A DNA stretch of 64,000 nucleotides. Source: Escherichia phage 241Ecol014PP. Below, piece after piece: positions 9,237 through 17,048 of the stretch; the first letter of the stretch is position 1, and each line of letters opens with the position of its first letter. The position numbers were made by a program, and so were the translations under genes. Under the pieces are notes generated by a model. The model saw nothing but the letters and a program-made list of their open reading frames with translations, made no database searches and was not told the origin of the DNA. The stretch is from the sequence record OR062943.1; one strand, given 5' to 3'.

Positions 9237-9587
9237 ATGAAAGATGGGGATAAGCTGCTATATCTTAAAGTCCCCCTTGAAATACTATCTATGTCAAAAG
9301 TTTTGAATGACACAACTGGGGAGGTTGTTGTTCTTGACTTGTATGACAAGATCGTATACTGCTACCTGCACAACTGGTATAAGCTTGGAGGAAGTTCACG
9401 CTTCACACCCAGCACAAGGAAAATTGCAGCAGATGTTGGAATAAAGAAAACAAAAGCAGCAGCGTGCGTTAAAACTTTAGAATGTGCGGGAGTGGTTGAA
9501 ATATCCACACAAGGGAGAGGTAAAAGATGCACATTTTCCAAAGTTTTGCCACCAGAAGAAGTTATTCGAATGTCAACAACTGGTTAG
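9237..9587 (+). CDS. small DNA-binding protein, helix-turn-helix-like (116 aa)
   Basis: RKIAADVGIKKTKAAACVKTLECAGVVEI looks like an HTH/wHTH segment; GGAGA RBS; iteron array lies 75 bp downstream. Confidence 0.35.
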   Translation: MKDGDKLLYLKVPLEILSMSKVLNDTTGEVVVLDLYDKIVYCYLHNWYKLGGSSRFTPSTRKIAADVGIKKTKAAACVKTLECAGVVEISTQGRGKRCTFSKVLPPEEVIRMSTTG

Positions 9588-9662
9588 ACCAGTAAAAACT
9601 TAAATATCTGTACTATAAGGATTCGTATGTTTTATGTTCGCTCTGGAACAGAGGTTAGTAAC

Positions 9663-9743
9663 TGTCCGTGATACGGACACTACTGTCCGTCACGCGGACA
9701 CATCTGTCCGTAATACGGACACTAACTGTCCGTGATACGGACA
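9663..9743. repeat. four tandem 17-bp palindromes TGTCCGT-N3-ACGGACA at 21-22 bp phasing
   Basis: Units at 9663-9679, 9684-9700 (one mismatch), 9705-9721, 9727-9743; perfect 7-bp arms. Confidence 0.85.
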
Positions 9744-9890
9744 CATAAAGAATATAACTAAAATAACTAAATAATAAAAAACAAAAGATCTAGTACTTAT
9801 GGTACTAAGTACATATACTTAACTTATGTAGAATATATTAGATCCTAAGTACTATGTTTTAAATTTATTACTTACTATGGGTAGTGTCGG
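9744..9890. other. AT-rich tract with GTACTTA/TAAGTAC inverted repeats
   Basis: agtacttatggtactaagtac and cctaagtactatg immediately after the iterons. Confidence 0.5.
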
Positions 9891-10235
9891 CCCTTCATTG
9901 GCACTCGCCTACGAGGGGCGAGATGCCGGGCCTCCCTGGTGCACACAATAACAGAAGTGCATACATGCAGGTCTGTTAACATGTGTGGGAGCGAAGCGAT
10001 AGCGCAGGCCAAAGTCCGAGCACTGATGTGGACCACCGACGAAAGCTTGCCAGCGCCGGAAGGAGTCGGTTGAGAGTCTCCCGCGCGAGCTTGGATGAAG
10101 TTTATGTGTGGAAACGGACAAGAAGGCCCCTAAATCGCTCCACAGCTATATAAACTATATCAGGTAAGGCAATCGCACCAGTTTGATAGAAAAGCTCGTT
10201 ACAAAGCGATACAGTGAGTTTTTCTATAACTTGAA
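9890..10235. other. GC-rich non-coding island
   Basis: Sharp GC rise versus flanks; only ORF is an implausible 70-aa antisense frame (9909-10121). Confidence 0.35.
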
Positions 10236-10247
10236 GAGGAGGCAGCT

Positions 10248-10826
10248 ATGAGTCCACGCAAAGATGACCGTGAAAAGATTGCAAAACGTTATCAGAATGA
10301 AGAACAGATGGAGAAAACTTTCAAGTGGAAGCCAGGTTTCCAGCGTAATCATTCTAACGCTCGTGATCGTAAGCATCCGGATAAGTGGTTAACACCGCCA
10401 AATGATGGCATTCAGGTTGGTGATGAGAAGGAGCTGTCACCAGGAAAAGATGGCAACTACATTCGCACTAAGGAAGCAGGTCCAAAGGATGACAGCTATC
10501 TTGTAGATAAGGTTCTTGACGGTATTGATGCAGGTGTTGACACTATGCGAAACCTTTTTCTTGGTTGGTATCGTACAGGGTTTTTCGACATCAAGGCTAT
10601 TCGTCGTGTTTGTGATATTAAAAAGTCTGCCTATGATGATGACTCTCTACATCGCACTCTGAGACAATACTCAGAGAGATACGGTCATCCAGTTATCACT
10701 CTTGACGATATTAACGAAGTGATGTATCATGCAGAGGTTGTTGCAGGTAGATTCGGTGATGCATATCTCGGTATTCTTTCTGCAAAAGATGAGGTAATGT
10801 TAAATAAAATTTACTATGAACGCTGA
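10248..10826 (+). CDS. hypothetical protein (192 aa), charged N-terminal region
   Basis: Strong RBS GAAGAGGAGG before the ATG; no recognisable motif. Confidence 0.5.
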   Translation: MSPRKDDREKIAKRYQNEEQMEKTFKWKPGFQRNHSNARDRKHPDKWLTPPNDGIQVGDEKELSPGKDGNYIRTKEAGPKDDSYLVDKVLDGIDAGVDTMRNLFLGWYRTGFFDIKAIRRVCDIKKSAYDDDSLHRTLRQYSERYGHPVITLDDINEVMYHAEVVAGRFGDAYLGILSAKDEVMLNKIYYER

Positions 10827-10836
10827 GGAGCGCTTA

Positions 10837-11025
10837 ATGAACAATCCGGTAGCAAAGAACTGTAATAAGTTCAACAAGTCTGCAATTCACACTGACAGGA
10901 AAAAGAGCTGGTCTCCTGACATTGACGAGGAGCTTGAGAGTTACTTTGAAGACCTGGTCACTAATGCAGATGAGGTTGCGATTAAAGAATACGCAGACAG
11001 GAAGGATAAGGCCGGAATCTGTTGA
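10837..11025 (+). CDS. hypothetical small protein (62 aa)
   Basis: In-frame ATG at 10837 after GAGGAG; the track's 10816 start overlaps the upstream stop. Confidence 0.3.
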   Translation: MNNPVAKNCNKFNKSAIHTDRKKSWSPDIDEELESYFEDLVTNADEVAIKEYADRKDKAGIC

Positions 11026-11051
11026 CAAAAATAGTGTTACCTGATAAGATC
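11023..11051 (+). promoter_or_regulatory. sigma70-like promoter TTGACA-17-TAAGAT
   Basis: -35 at 11023-11028, 17-bp spacer, TGa-extended -10 at 11046-11051. Confidence 0.5.
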
Positions 11052-11101
11052 TGCAATATGATGTGATACAATTTTAACTTACGAGGTCTACAGGTAATGC
11101 T

Positions 11102-11344
11102 ATGTTTAAGGTTAAGCTCGTTTTTCGTTCCATGAATGAGGATTATTTAGAAGATGAAGGTGAATTTCGTGCACTGGATGATGCAATAGATTTTGCCAAC
11201 GACTTAGCTTGTATGAATACAGGTTATGGGCTATGCTGTTGGGATGGTGGTGTTCAGATCGGTGATAGCAAGATCTTCTACTTCTACCCTGAGCCTGATA
11301 ACAAACAAATTAAGTATGTTTTATTTATTTGTGCTTTACAATGA
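11102..11344 (+). CDS. hypothetical protein (80 aa)
   Basis: ORF-track ORF downstream of the 11023 promoter. Confidence 0.35.
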   Translation: MFKVKLVFRSMNEDYLEDEGEFRALDDAIDFANDLACMNTGYGLCCWDGGVQIGDSKIFYFYPEPDNKQIKYVLFICALQ

Positions 11345-11399
11345 GGTTGTTTTCGTGTATCATGATGAATATCCAATTTAAAGATGAATTTGATGGCTT

Positions 11400-11633
11400 T
11401 ATCTCCGGATGCTTTGAAACAGGGTTCGGAGAAGACTGAGTTCCCCTTAGAGGGCTTGATAGTGCACCACACTTAAAATGGTAGGGGCAGCCAGCACATG
11501 ACGATGTGACCCCAGCCAACCTGTAACAAGGTCGAGCCGAAGCGCGGGTAATAGGCCTCTGGTAACCCACTTGTTGGGTCTTGCTGGTCCAGGACGCTGG
11601 ACAAGTCGCAGGGAATACCACCCTGCGGCGAAC
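11400..11633. other. GC-rich non-coding island with several hairpins
   Basis: Hairpins cacat-gacg-atgtg, gtccag-gacg-ctggac, cgcaggg-aatacca-ccctgcg; overlapping ORFs look spurious. Confidence 0.35.
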
Positions 11634-11662
11634 TTGACAATCAGTATTTGCTATGATAAAAT
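11634..11662 (+). promoter_or_regulatory. sigma70-like promoter TTGACA-17-TAAAAT
   Basis: Consensus -35 11634-11639, 17-bp spacer, TGa-extended -10 11657-11662. Confidence 0.55.
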
Positions 11663-11690
11663 CCACCTATCACGTGATAATGGAGGAAAC

Positions 11691-12029
11691 ATGGCGGATA
11701 CAACTAAAAAGCGTCGCCGTAGAGGCAGACCTCTGAAAGAGGAGTCCAACGCCATTCAGCTAGAGAAGAACATCCTTGATATGAAGGAATCTTTTATAGC
11801 GATGGTTCCAGAAGCTCACAAAGTTTTAAGAGAGCTGATGTTGGACCCGAAAACCAAACAAAATATTCGTCAAAGCATTGCAGAGTATGTTCTTGATAAG
11901 GCAGACCGAATGCAGGAAGAATATGATGAGATGTTTGGTGAAGAGGAAGAGGTGGTAGTAGAAGAGGCTGAAAAACCAGCACCTTTTATGCCATTTACTA
12001 CAGAAATACAGCCTGTTAGCAATAGCTAA
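11691..12029 (+). CDS. hypothetical DNA-binding-like protein (113 aa): basic N-terminus, acidic C-terminus
   Basis: MADTTKKRRRRGRPLKE then helical and acidic regions; could be a small terminase subunit or regulator, unresolved. Confidence 0.4.
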   Translation: MADTTKKRRRRGRPLKEESNAIQLEKNILDMKESFIAMVPEAHKVLRELMLDPKTKQNIRQSIAEYVLDKADRMQEEYDEMFGEEEEVVVEEAEKPAPFMPFTTEIQPVSNS

Positions 12030-12038
12030 AATATTTTC

Positions 12039-12067
12039 TTGACAAACTTTGCTTAACAGTGTAATAT
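12039..12067 (+). promoter_or_regulatory. sigma70-like promoter TTGACA-17-TAATAT ahead of the tRNA cluster
   Basis: -35 12039-12044, 17-bp spacer, -10 12062-12067. Confidence 0.5.
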
Positions 12068-12126
12068 TGTAAACATGGTCTCCCACCTTTTCTGGCGGCT
12101 AAGGTGTAAAAGAAAGCCACCCAGTG

Positions 12127-12200
12127 CCCTGTTAGCTTAGTGGATAAAGCAGCGGCCTTCTAAGCCGTTGACACTGGTTCGAGTCCAGTACGGGGTGCCA
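12127..12200 (+). tRNA. tRNA-Arg (anticodon TCT)
   Basis: Hand-folded cloverleaf: acceptor GCCCTGT/ACGGGGT, D stem GCTT/AAGC, anticodon stem GCGGC/GCCGT, loop CTTCTAA, T arm ACTGG-TTCGAGT-CCAGT, encoded CCA. Confidence 0.7.
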
Positions 12201-12330
12201 AGTTCTTTTTAATGTAGCTTACTTTAGCAGAGTAAATCTTCGGCAAGTGGCGGTAACCACTTTACCGATACCTCATAGTTAGTGGTGAGAACACTAGCTA
12301 TTTTAAAAAGAATTTAAATATTAGTATTTA

Positions 12331-12418
12331 GGTGAGTTAATTCCGTAGGGGTAGCGGGGCAGACTGTAAATCTGTTATCATTGCGATTCGGGTGGTTCGA
12401 CTCCATCACTCACCACCA
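12331..12418 (+). tRNA. tRNA-Tyr (anticodon GTA), long variable arm
   Basis: Acceptor GGTGAGT/ACTCACC, anticodon loop CTGTAAA, T arm GGTGG-TTCGACT-CCATC, CCA encoded. Confidence 0.7.
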
Positions 12419-12532
12419 AATTTATATTTTTAAATGCATAAATCATACAGATAATGGCATTGATATTTATCGTCGTTTATACTAGTCACTAACTGCTCGA
12501 AAATCAGTGTCATTATCAGTATTGTTTATAAA

Positions 12533-12623
12533 AGAGGGTAGGGAGCAATGGTGCTCAAGCGGTCTTGAAAACCGTCCCGTTGAGGATGACTCGATGATGG
12601 TTCGATTCCATTATCCTCTGCCA
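12533..12623 (+). tRNA. tRNA-Ser (anticodon TGA), long variable arm
   Basis: Acceptor AGAGGGT/ATCCTCT, anticodon stem GCGGT/ACCGT, loop CTTGAAA, T arm GATGG-TTCGATT-CCATT, CCA encoded. Confidence 0.7.
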
Positions 12624-12721
12624 TATTGTTGACCTTGTAATTAAGCGAAAGCCGGAAGCAGAACCGGATTATCAAATGTTACAGTCGTCATCGCCGACTA
12701 GCAACATGGTCAACATACTGA

Positions 12722-12818
12722 GCTAGGTAAGCCCTTTGGCAAGGGCGAGGATTTTTAATCCTGAAAATAGACGAGGTAGTCGTTGAATACATAGGTGGTT
12801 CGATTCCACCGCCTAGCA
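12722..12818 (+). tRNA. tRNA-like gene, non-canonical (about 97 nt); anticodon uncertain, possibly TTT
   Basis: Good acceptor (GCTAGGT/GCCTAGC), D arm and T arm (GGTGG-TTCGATT-CCACC), but anticodon arm has a 4-bp stem, the variable region is about 30 nt and no CCA is encoded. Confidence 0.35.
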
Positions 12819-12825
12819 CCTTTTT

Positions 12826-12901
12826 GCTGATGTAGCACAATTGGTAGTGCAATTGATTTGTAATCAATAGGTTGCAGGTTCAAGTCCTGCCATCAGCACC
12901 A
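12826..12901 (+). tRNA. tRNA-Thr (anticodon TGT)
   Basis: Acceptor GCTGATG/CATCAGC, anticodon stem ATTGA/TCAAT, loop TTTGTAA, T arm GCAGG-TTCAAGT-CCTGC, CCA encoded. Confidence 0.75.
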
Positions 12902-12902
12902 T

Positions 12903-12977
12903 GGCCCTGTAGCTGGAAGGTTCAAGCAAGCGACTCATAATCGCCAGACGGTGGTTCAATTCCACCCAGGGCCACCA
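12903..12977 (+). tRNA. tRNA-Met (anticodon CAT); initiator versus elongator not resolved
   Basis: Acceptor GGCCCTG/CAGGGCC, anticodon loop CTCATAA, T arm GGTGG-TTCAATT-CCACC, CCA encoded; D arm imperfect. Confidence 0.6.
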
Positions 12978-12988
12978 AATAATAAATA

Positions 12989-13411
12989 CTCCGCGTAGCT
13001 CAGCTTGGTAGAGATAATCAAAGATGCACAAATGCAGTCGTTGTGGGGAAGAAGATCCATGTAAATTTTATGGTCATAAAAAGACTATATGTGGGAAATG
13101 TCACAATGAGTACACCATGAATCTTGGGAGGCAGAAACGACAGTATGCTGTAGACAAGTTAGGCGGTAAATGTATCAATTGTGGGTTCGATAAATGGATT
13201 GTTTCTTTAGATATTCACCATTTAGACCCTAAAATTAAAGACTCTAAATTTGCTCAAATGAGAGGTTGGAGTCTGCAAAGAATTGATAATGAAATTAAAA
13301 ACTGTGTATTACTTTGTAGAAATTGTCATGCTGCCGTACATGCAGGACTTTTAGAACTACCATAACTTTGGGATCAGGAGGTCGAGTGTTCGAATCACTC
13401 CGTGGAGACCA
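12989..13411 (+). tRNA. tRNA gene interrupted by an HNH endonuclease ORF; anticodon not assignable
   Basis: 5' part CTCCGCG-TA-GCTCAGCTTGGTAGAG (12989-13014) and 3' part GAGTG-TTCGAAT-CACTC-CGTGGAG-A-CCA (13384-13411) have complementary acceptor strands, but about 355 bp lies between them. Confidence 0.45.
13024..13365 (+). CDS. HNH endonuclease (113 aa) inserted in a tRNA gene
   Basis: Cys-rich N-terminus, DIHHLDP...N...LLCRNCHAAVH HNH core; ATG is 4 nt after the tRNA D-arm. Confidence 0.6.
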   Translation: MHKCSRCGEEDPCKFYGHKKTICGKCHNEYTMNLGRQKRQYAVDKLGGKCINCGFDKWIVSLDIHHLDPKIKDSKFAQMRGWSLQRIDNEIKNCVLLCRNCHAAVHAGLLELP

Positions 13412-13457
13412 CTTTCAGTTATACTTTAAACATATACAAACAAAAGGAACCTTTAAA

Positions 13458-13727
13458 ATGTATACACTTAAAATTGTAGAGCGTGTAAATCCAACCCATA
13501 CCGTAGATTTTCGTGACGATTTCAATCCTCTGGCTGTAAATCTTCGAGAGTCATATCATGAACTCAGCTGCGATGCAGTGGTGGTCTTTTTTGAAGACAA
13601 CTCTGAAGGGGCGGTAGCTTGTGTTGTTGATAGTGAGCAGAAGTTTTATATTTACAGAGATGTAGATGCATACTTGATGAATGAAAATGCAGTTACTGTT
13701 AGAATCATCCACCGAGTGCCTCGATAA
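13458..13727 (+). CDS. hypothetical protein (89 aa)
   Basis: ATG 13458 after AAGGAA; the track's 13323 start lies inside the tRNA 3' half. Confidence 0.4.
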   Translation: MYTLKIVERVNPTHTVDFRDDFNPLAVNLRESYHELSCDAVVVFFEDNSEGAVACVVDSEQKFYIYRDVDAYLMNENAVTVRIIHRVPR

Positions 13728-13780
13728 GTATTAGTCTCCTTTTAGTTAGTTTCGATCTATTTAGGTTACTCAATTTTAAC

Positions 13781-13816
13781 CCGCCCCGTTAGCTGTATAG
13801 CTGCGGGGTTTTTTTC
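13781..13816 (+). terminator. intrinsic terminator
   Basis: CCCCG...CGGGG hairpin followed by TTTTTTT. Confidence 0.55.
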
Positions 13817-13833
13817 GTTTCTGGAGCCTTAAA

Positions 13834-14232
13834 ATGATTTCAGTTTTAACATGGCTGAGCAGGTATAGAGGGATCATAAAAGGTTTAGTTTTTGCAGCTG
13901 CGATAGGTACAGCTTATCTTGGGGCCGTGTATTGGTTTAACTCTAAGCTTAATGATGCCTACCAAGAAGGTGTGTCAGCAACAGAGTTAAAGTGGGAACG
14001 GATCCTTGATCAGCAACAAAAGCAGGCCGACAAAATTAAAATGGGCCACGCAGAGGAGGTTAAAAACCTTGAAAAATCCCTTTCTGACCTGCAGGATAAA
14101 TTAAATATGGCTGAGAAGGCAGGTAAAGAAAAGCAGATTATTTACCTCCAATCACCTGAGGGTAAGAAGTCAACACTCCCTGATCAGCTTATAGATATTT
14201 ATAATGAGAGTATTAATCAGGAGGGTCGATGA
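13834..14232 (+). CDS. i-spanin (Rz-like)
   Basis: N-terminal transmembrane helix (GLVFAAAIGTAYLGAVYWF) then charged coiled-coil; overlaps the next gene by ATGA. Confidence 0.6.
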   Translation: MISVLTWLSRYRGIIKGLVFAAAIGTAYLGAVYWFNSKLNDAYQEGVSATELKWERILDQQQKQADKIKMGHAEEVKNLEKSLSDLQDKLNMAEKAGKEKQIIYLQSPEGKKSTLPDQLIDIYNESINQEGR

Positions 14233-14516
14233 GAGTTGCTGCACTGTTTATTGTGTGCTTGTTATTGTGTGGGTGTGCAACCAGCGTTGAGAGAGAATAC
14301 AAGATTGACCCTCCAGATGTAGGAAGGTTGATTGTTAAACCCCCGGAAGGTGCCATGAAACCACCTGCTAAAGCTATACCTTTAAAGAAAGGTGCGCCAG
14401 ATGCGGTGAATTCTGGCATTATGAGGGATAATAATCTGTCTTGTAGCAATGATAGAGCTAAATTGATCATTTTGCAAGACTATATTAGAACACTGTTTCC
14501 AAAGGAGAGAGGTTAA
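14229..14516 (+). CDS. o-spanin (Rz1-like proline-rich outer-membrane lipoprotein)
   Basis: Signal plus lipobox (LLLCGCA) followed by Pro-rich mature region (DPPDVGRLIVKPPEGAMKPPAKAIP); separate ORF, not embedded. Confidence 0.65.
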   Translation: MRVAALFIVCLLLCGCATSVEREYKIDPPDVGRLIVKPPEGAMKPPAKAIPLKKGAPDAVNSGIMRDNNLSCSNDRAKLIILQDYIRTLFPKERG

Positions 14517-14941
14517 TGTCTAAGATTTACGGACCGTGTTCTGAAAAGCAGAAGATGATCCTAGAAAACGATGCAGATATTTTGGTAATCGGCGGTGCCG
14601 CAGGGTCTGGCAAGTCGTTCCTCTTGCAGTTGATGCCACTTAAAATTATTGATGACCCCCACAGCTCTGTGGTTATGTTCCGAAGAACAACCCCACAGTT
14701 GGAAGGTGAGGGTGGACTATGGCCTAAAGCAGTAGCTATTTATAGTGATCTGCCTGAAAACATTAAGCCAAAGTTCAGAGAGAAGGATCATAAGTTCATT
14801 TTCCCACGATTTGATCCGAGAACTGGCAAGTGGGATAGAAGCAAAAAGGGAGCTGTTGTAAAATACTGCCACATGGAGTATGTACAAGATAAGCTTAACC
14901 ATCAAGGGCTTGAGTACACCATGGTTTGCTTCGATGAGGGT
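14516..14941 (+). CDS. terL: terminase large subunit, exon 1 (ATPase domain)
   Basis: Walker A VIGGAAGSGKS; ends MVCFDEG (Walker B-like) directly before TAA and the intron. Exon boundary approximate. Confidence 0.65.
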
Positions 14942-15857
14942 TAATTTGTAGCTCTCGTAAAACCTCCCTAATTGCGGGGAAATCTTTATTATTGACACCA
15001 CCAACCTGTCATGGTAACATGATAGAGGCTTCGAAGAGAGATCGAAGGTATGGTAACAGTGTGTTAATTTAGATAATCCGCAGCGAAGCGTCCGAGAGGA
15101 TGAACGTTCAACGACTAGTCGAAAGACGTAGAATCAAGCGATTCGAAACGGGAGGGTGAATGTGTAATACTAAAAAATGTATGGATTGCCAAAGAGTTCT
15201 ACCTATTGATGATTTCTTTTTATCATCTAAGAGCAAGGATGGATACTCAGGTACATGCAAGGAATGCTATATGTACTACAGGAAGGGTGGATCTCGTAAA
15301 AACAAAAATATGGTTAAGAGAGATGACGCAGCATTGTTTATTCAAGACTTGCTGGAGAAAGGTGAACTTTTTGAATGCAAATCTTGTCATGAAAGTATGC
15401 TAGCTGATAGTTTTTACACAAAACGTGACTATGGTAAAGTATATCTGGTTACGAACAGGTGTAAGATGTGTGAAAAGTTTTATCAGATTGAGAAGAAATT
15501 TCACATAACAAAAGATGAATACTATCGTCTACTCTCAGATCAAGATCATAAGTGTGCCATTTGTAGAATATCCCTTGATGAGTATAGGACGCAAGGGTAC
15601 AGAGATTTCTTTTGTGTTGATCATGACCATAAAACTGGTGCTGTAAGAGGGTTGCTTTGTGATAAATGCAACAGAGCTTTAGGTTTCTTCCAAGAAGATG
15701 AGGAAACTATTCTTAGAGCGGCAGAGTATTTACACATTCATAAGATATAGTCTGGTCTGCATGGAGACATGCAGCTGCCTGAAAATGGCGGGGCAAGACT
15801 AGCGACCTTGCCCGAACATAAACGACACAATTCGAATGGGAGCAGATAGACTATCTG
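14942..15857 (+). mobile_element. group I intron with an HNH endonuclease ORF (boundaries approximate)
   Basis: P-like AATTGCGGGGAAA (about 14971), Q-like AATCCGCAGC (about 15075), R-like GTTCAACGACTAGTC (about 15106), S-like AGATAGACTATC (about 15845); 5' exon ends in U. Confidence 0.65.
15160..15750 (+). CDS. intron-encoded HNH endonuclease (endonuclease VII-like)
   Basis: Cys-rich zinc fingers and FCVDHDHKTGAVRGLLCDKCNRALG motif. Confidence 0.7.
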   Translation: MCNTKKCMDCQRVLPIDDFFLSSKSKDGYSGTCKECYMYYRKGGSRKNKNMVKRDDAALFIQDLLEKGELFECKSCHESMLADSFYTKRDYGKVYLVTNRCKMCEKFYQIEKKFHITKDEYYRLLSDQDHKCAICRISLDEYRTQGYRDFFCVDHDHKTGAVRGLLCDKCNRALGFFQEDEETILRAAEYLHIHKI

Positions 15858-16946
15858 ATGTCTCGTCTGCGATCTCAGTCAAAGTATCCATCAAGAATGG
15901 TTATCAGCTGTAACCCCGATTCAGAACACATGCTTGCCAAACTGGTTAGATGGTGGTTGGACGATGAAGGGTATCCAGATCCGGAGAAATGCGGTAAGAA
16001 AAGATATTTTATCCGACGCGACGGTGAATTTATCTGGGGAGACTCTAAAGAAGAGTTGATAGAGAAATACACCACGGTTAACGGACTGGGTGTGGAGATC
16101 AAGCCGAGACCGTTGTCATTCTCGTTTATAGGCGCAACAATATTCGATAATCCTGTCTGCTTAAGAGACAACCCAGAATACCTTGCTTTCCTTGAAGGTC
16201 TGCCGGAACTGGAAAAAGCTCAGCTTCTTCATGGTAACTGGTTTGCAAAGCCTGAGGGTGCAAACTATTTTCAAAGATCTTTCCTTCGTGATGCCGATAG
16301 AGTACCCCTTGGATCAGTATCTTGTAGGGCATGGGATAAGGCAGGAACCGAGAGAACTTCCGGTAATAAATTTCCTGACTTTACCGCCAGTGTTAAGGTA
16401 AGTAAAGATAGCGACGGCTTTTATTACCTGTCCGGTGATTATTGTCCTGAGAACGTGGATGACGGGAGGTATTCCACAGGTCTGGAAGGTAAGTTCTGTA
16501 AAAAGGCTGGTGAACGAGATGTGATCATCAGGAAACAGGCGCAGTTTGATGGTGACGATTGTATAATCGTATTCTCTGTGGACCCAGGTCAGGCAGGTAA
16601 GAGTGAGTTCTTAACCTCCTCCAGATCCTTACTCGCCGAAGGGTTTAGGGTTGAAGAAGACCCAATGCCTTCCAACAAATCTAAACTGACAAGATTCTCA
16701 CCTTTTGCCAATCTTGCCCAACAAGGAATGGTGAGGATTGTAAAATCCAGTTTCCATCCTGATACTCTGGAAGCATTTCTGACTGAACTTGAAAAATTCA
16801 ACGGGGAAAGATCAACATTTAACAGAAAAGACGACTGGGCCGACTGTGTAGCTTCTGCGATTAATTTCCTGGAGAAAGAGGAGGTAGCACTTCCTTGTGT
16901 GATTCCATCAATCTCATCACCTTCTATGTTCAAGCGTTTTATCTAA
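15858..16946 (+). CDS. terL: terminase large subunit, exon 2 (nuclease domain)
   Basis: Reading frame resumes after the intron; Asp-rich C-terminal region; true junction may lie a few codons upstream of 15858. Confidence 0.6.
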   Translation: MSRLRSQSKYPSRMVISCNPDSEHMLAKLVRWWLDDEGYPDPEKCGKKRYFIRRDGEFIWGDSKEELIEKYTTVNGLGVEIKPRPLSFSFIGATIFDNPVCLRDNPEYLAFLEGLPELEKAQLLHGNWFAKPEGANYFQRSFLRDADRVPLGSVSCRAWDKAGTERTSGNKFPDFTASVKVSKDSDGFYYLSGDYCPENVDDGRYSTGLEGKFCKKAGERDVIIRKQAQFDGDDCIIVFSVDPGQAGKSEFLTSSRSLLAEGFRVEEDPMPSNKSKLTRFSPFANLAQQGMVRIVKSSFHPDTLEAFLTELEKFNGERSTFNRKDDWADCVASAINFLEKEEVALPCVIPSISSPSMFKRFI

Positions 16947-16949
16947 GTG

Positions 16950-16978
16950 TTGCCAATCTTAATTAGATGTGGTAGAAT
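16950..16978 (+). promoter_or_regulatory. sigma70-like promoter TTGCCA-17-TAGAAT
   Basis: TGg-extended -10; followed by hairpin 16996-17024 (TAGCCCTC/GAGGGCTA plus T-run) that could attenuate transcription into the portal gene. Confidence 0.4.
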
Positions 16979-17048
16979 AGAGTAATCGGAGATACTAGCC
17001 CTCTAACACGAGGGCTATTTTGTTATACTGTTTTGAGGGGTAAAGCTT

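Noticed and set aside
9663-9743. CRISPR array or type III toxin-antitoxin RNA repeats
   Set aside because: Units are contiguous palindromes with no spacers and only 21 bp long; pattern fits protein-binding iterons.
9909-10121. 70-aa minus-strand ORF inside GC-rich island 1
   Set aside because: His/Arg/Cys/Pro-rich composition unlike a protein, no RBS; treated as non-coding.
9890-10235. RNase P RNA
   Set aside because: Only loose matches to three conserved regions, and they lie about 110 nt apart instead of about 270 nt.
11325-11666. 113-aa minus-strand ORF spanning GC-rich island 2
   Set aside because: Runs antisense through a promoter and hairpins and has odd composition; likely spurious.
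13323-13457. Longer start at 13323 for ORF 13458-13727
   Set aside because: Would begin inside the HNH gene and run through the tRNA 3' half.
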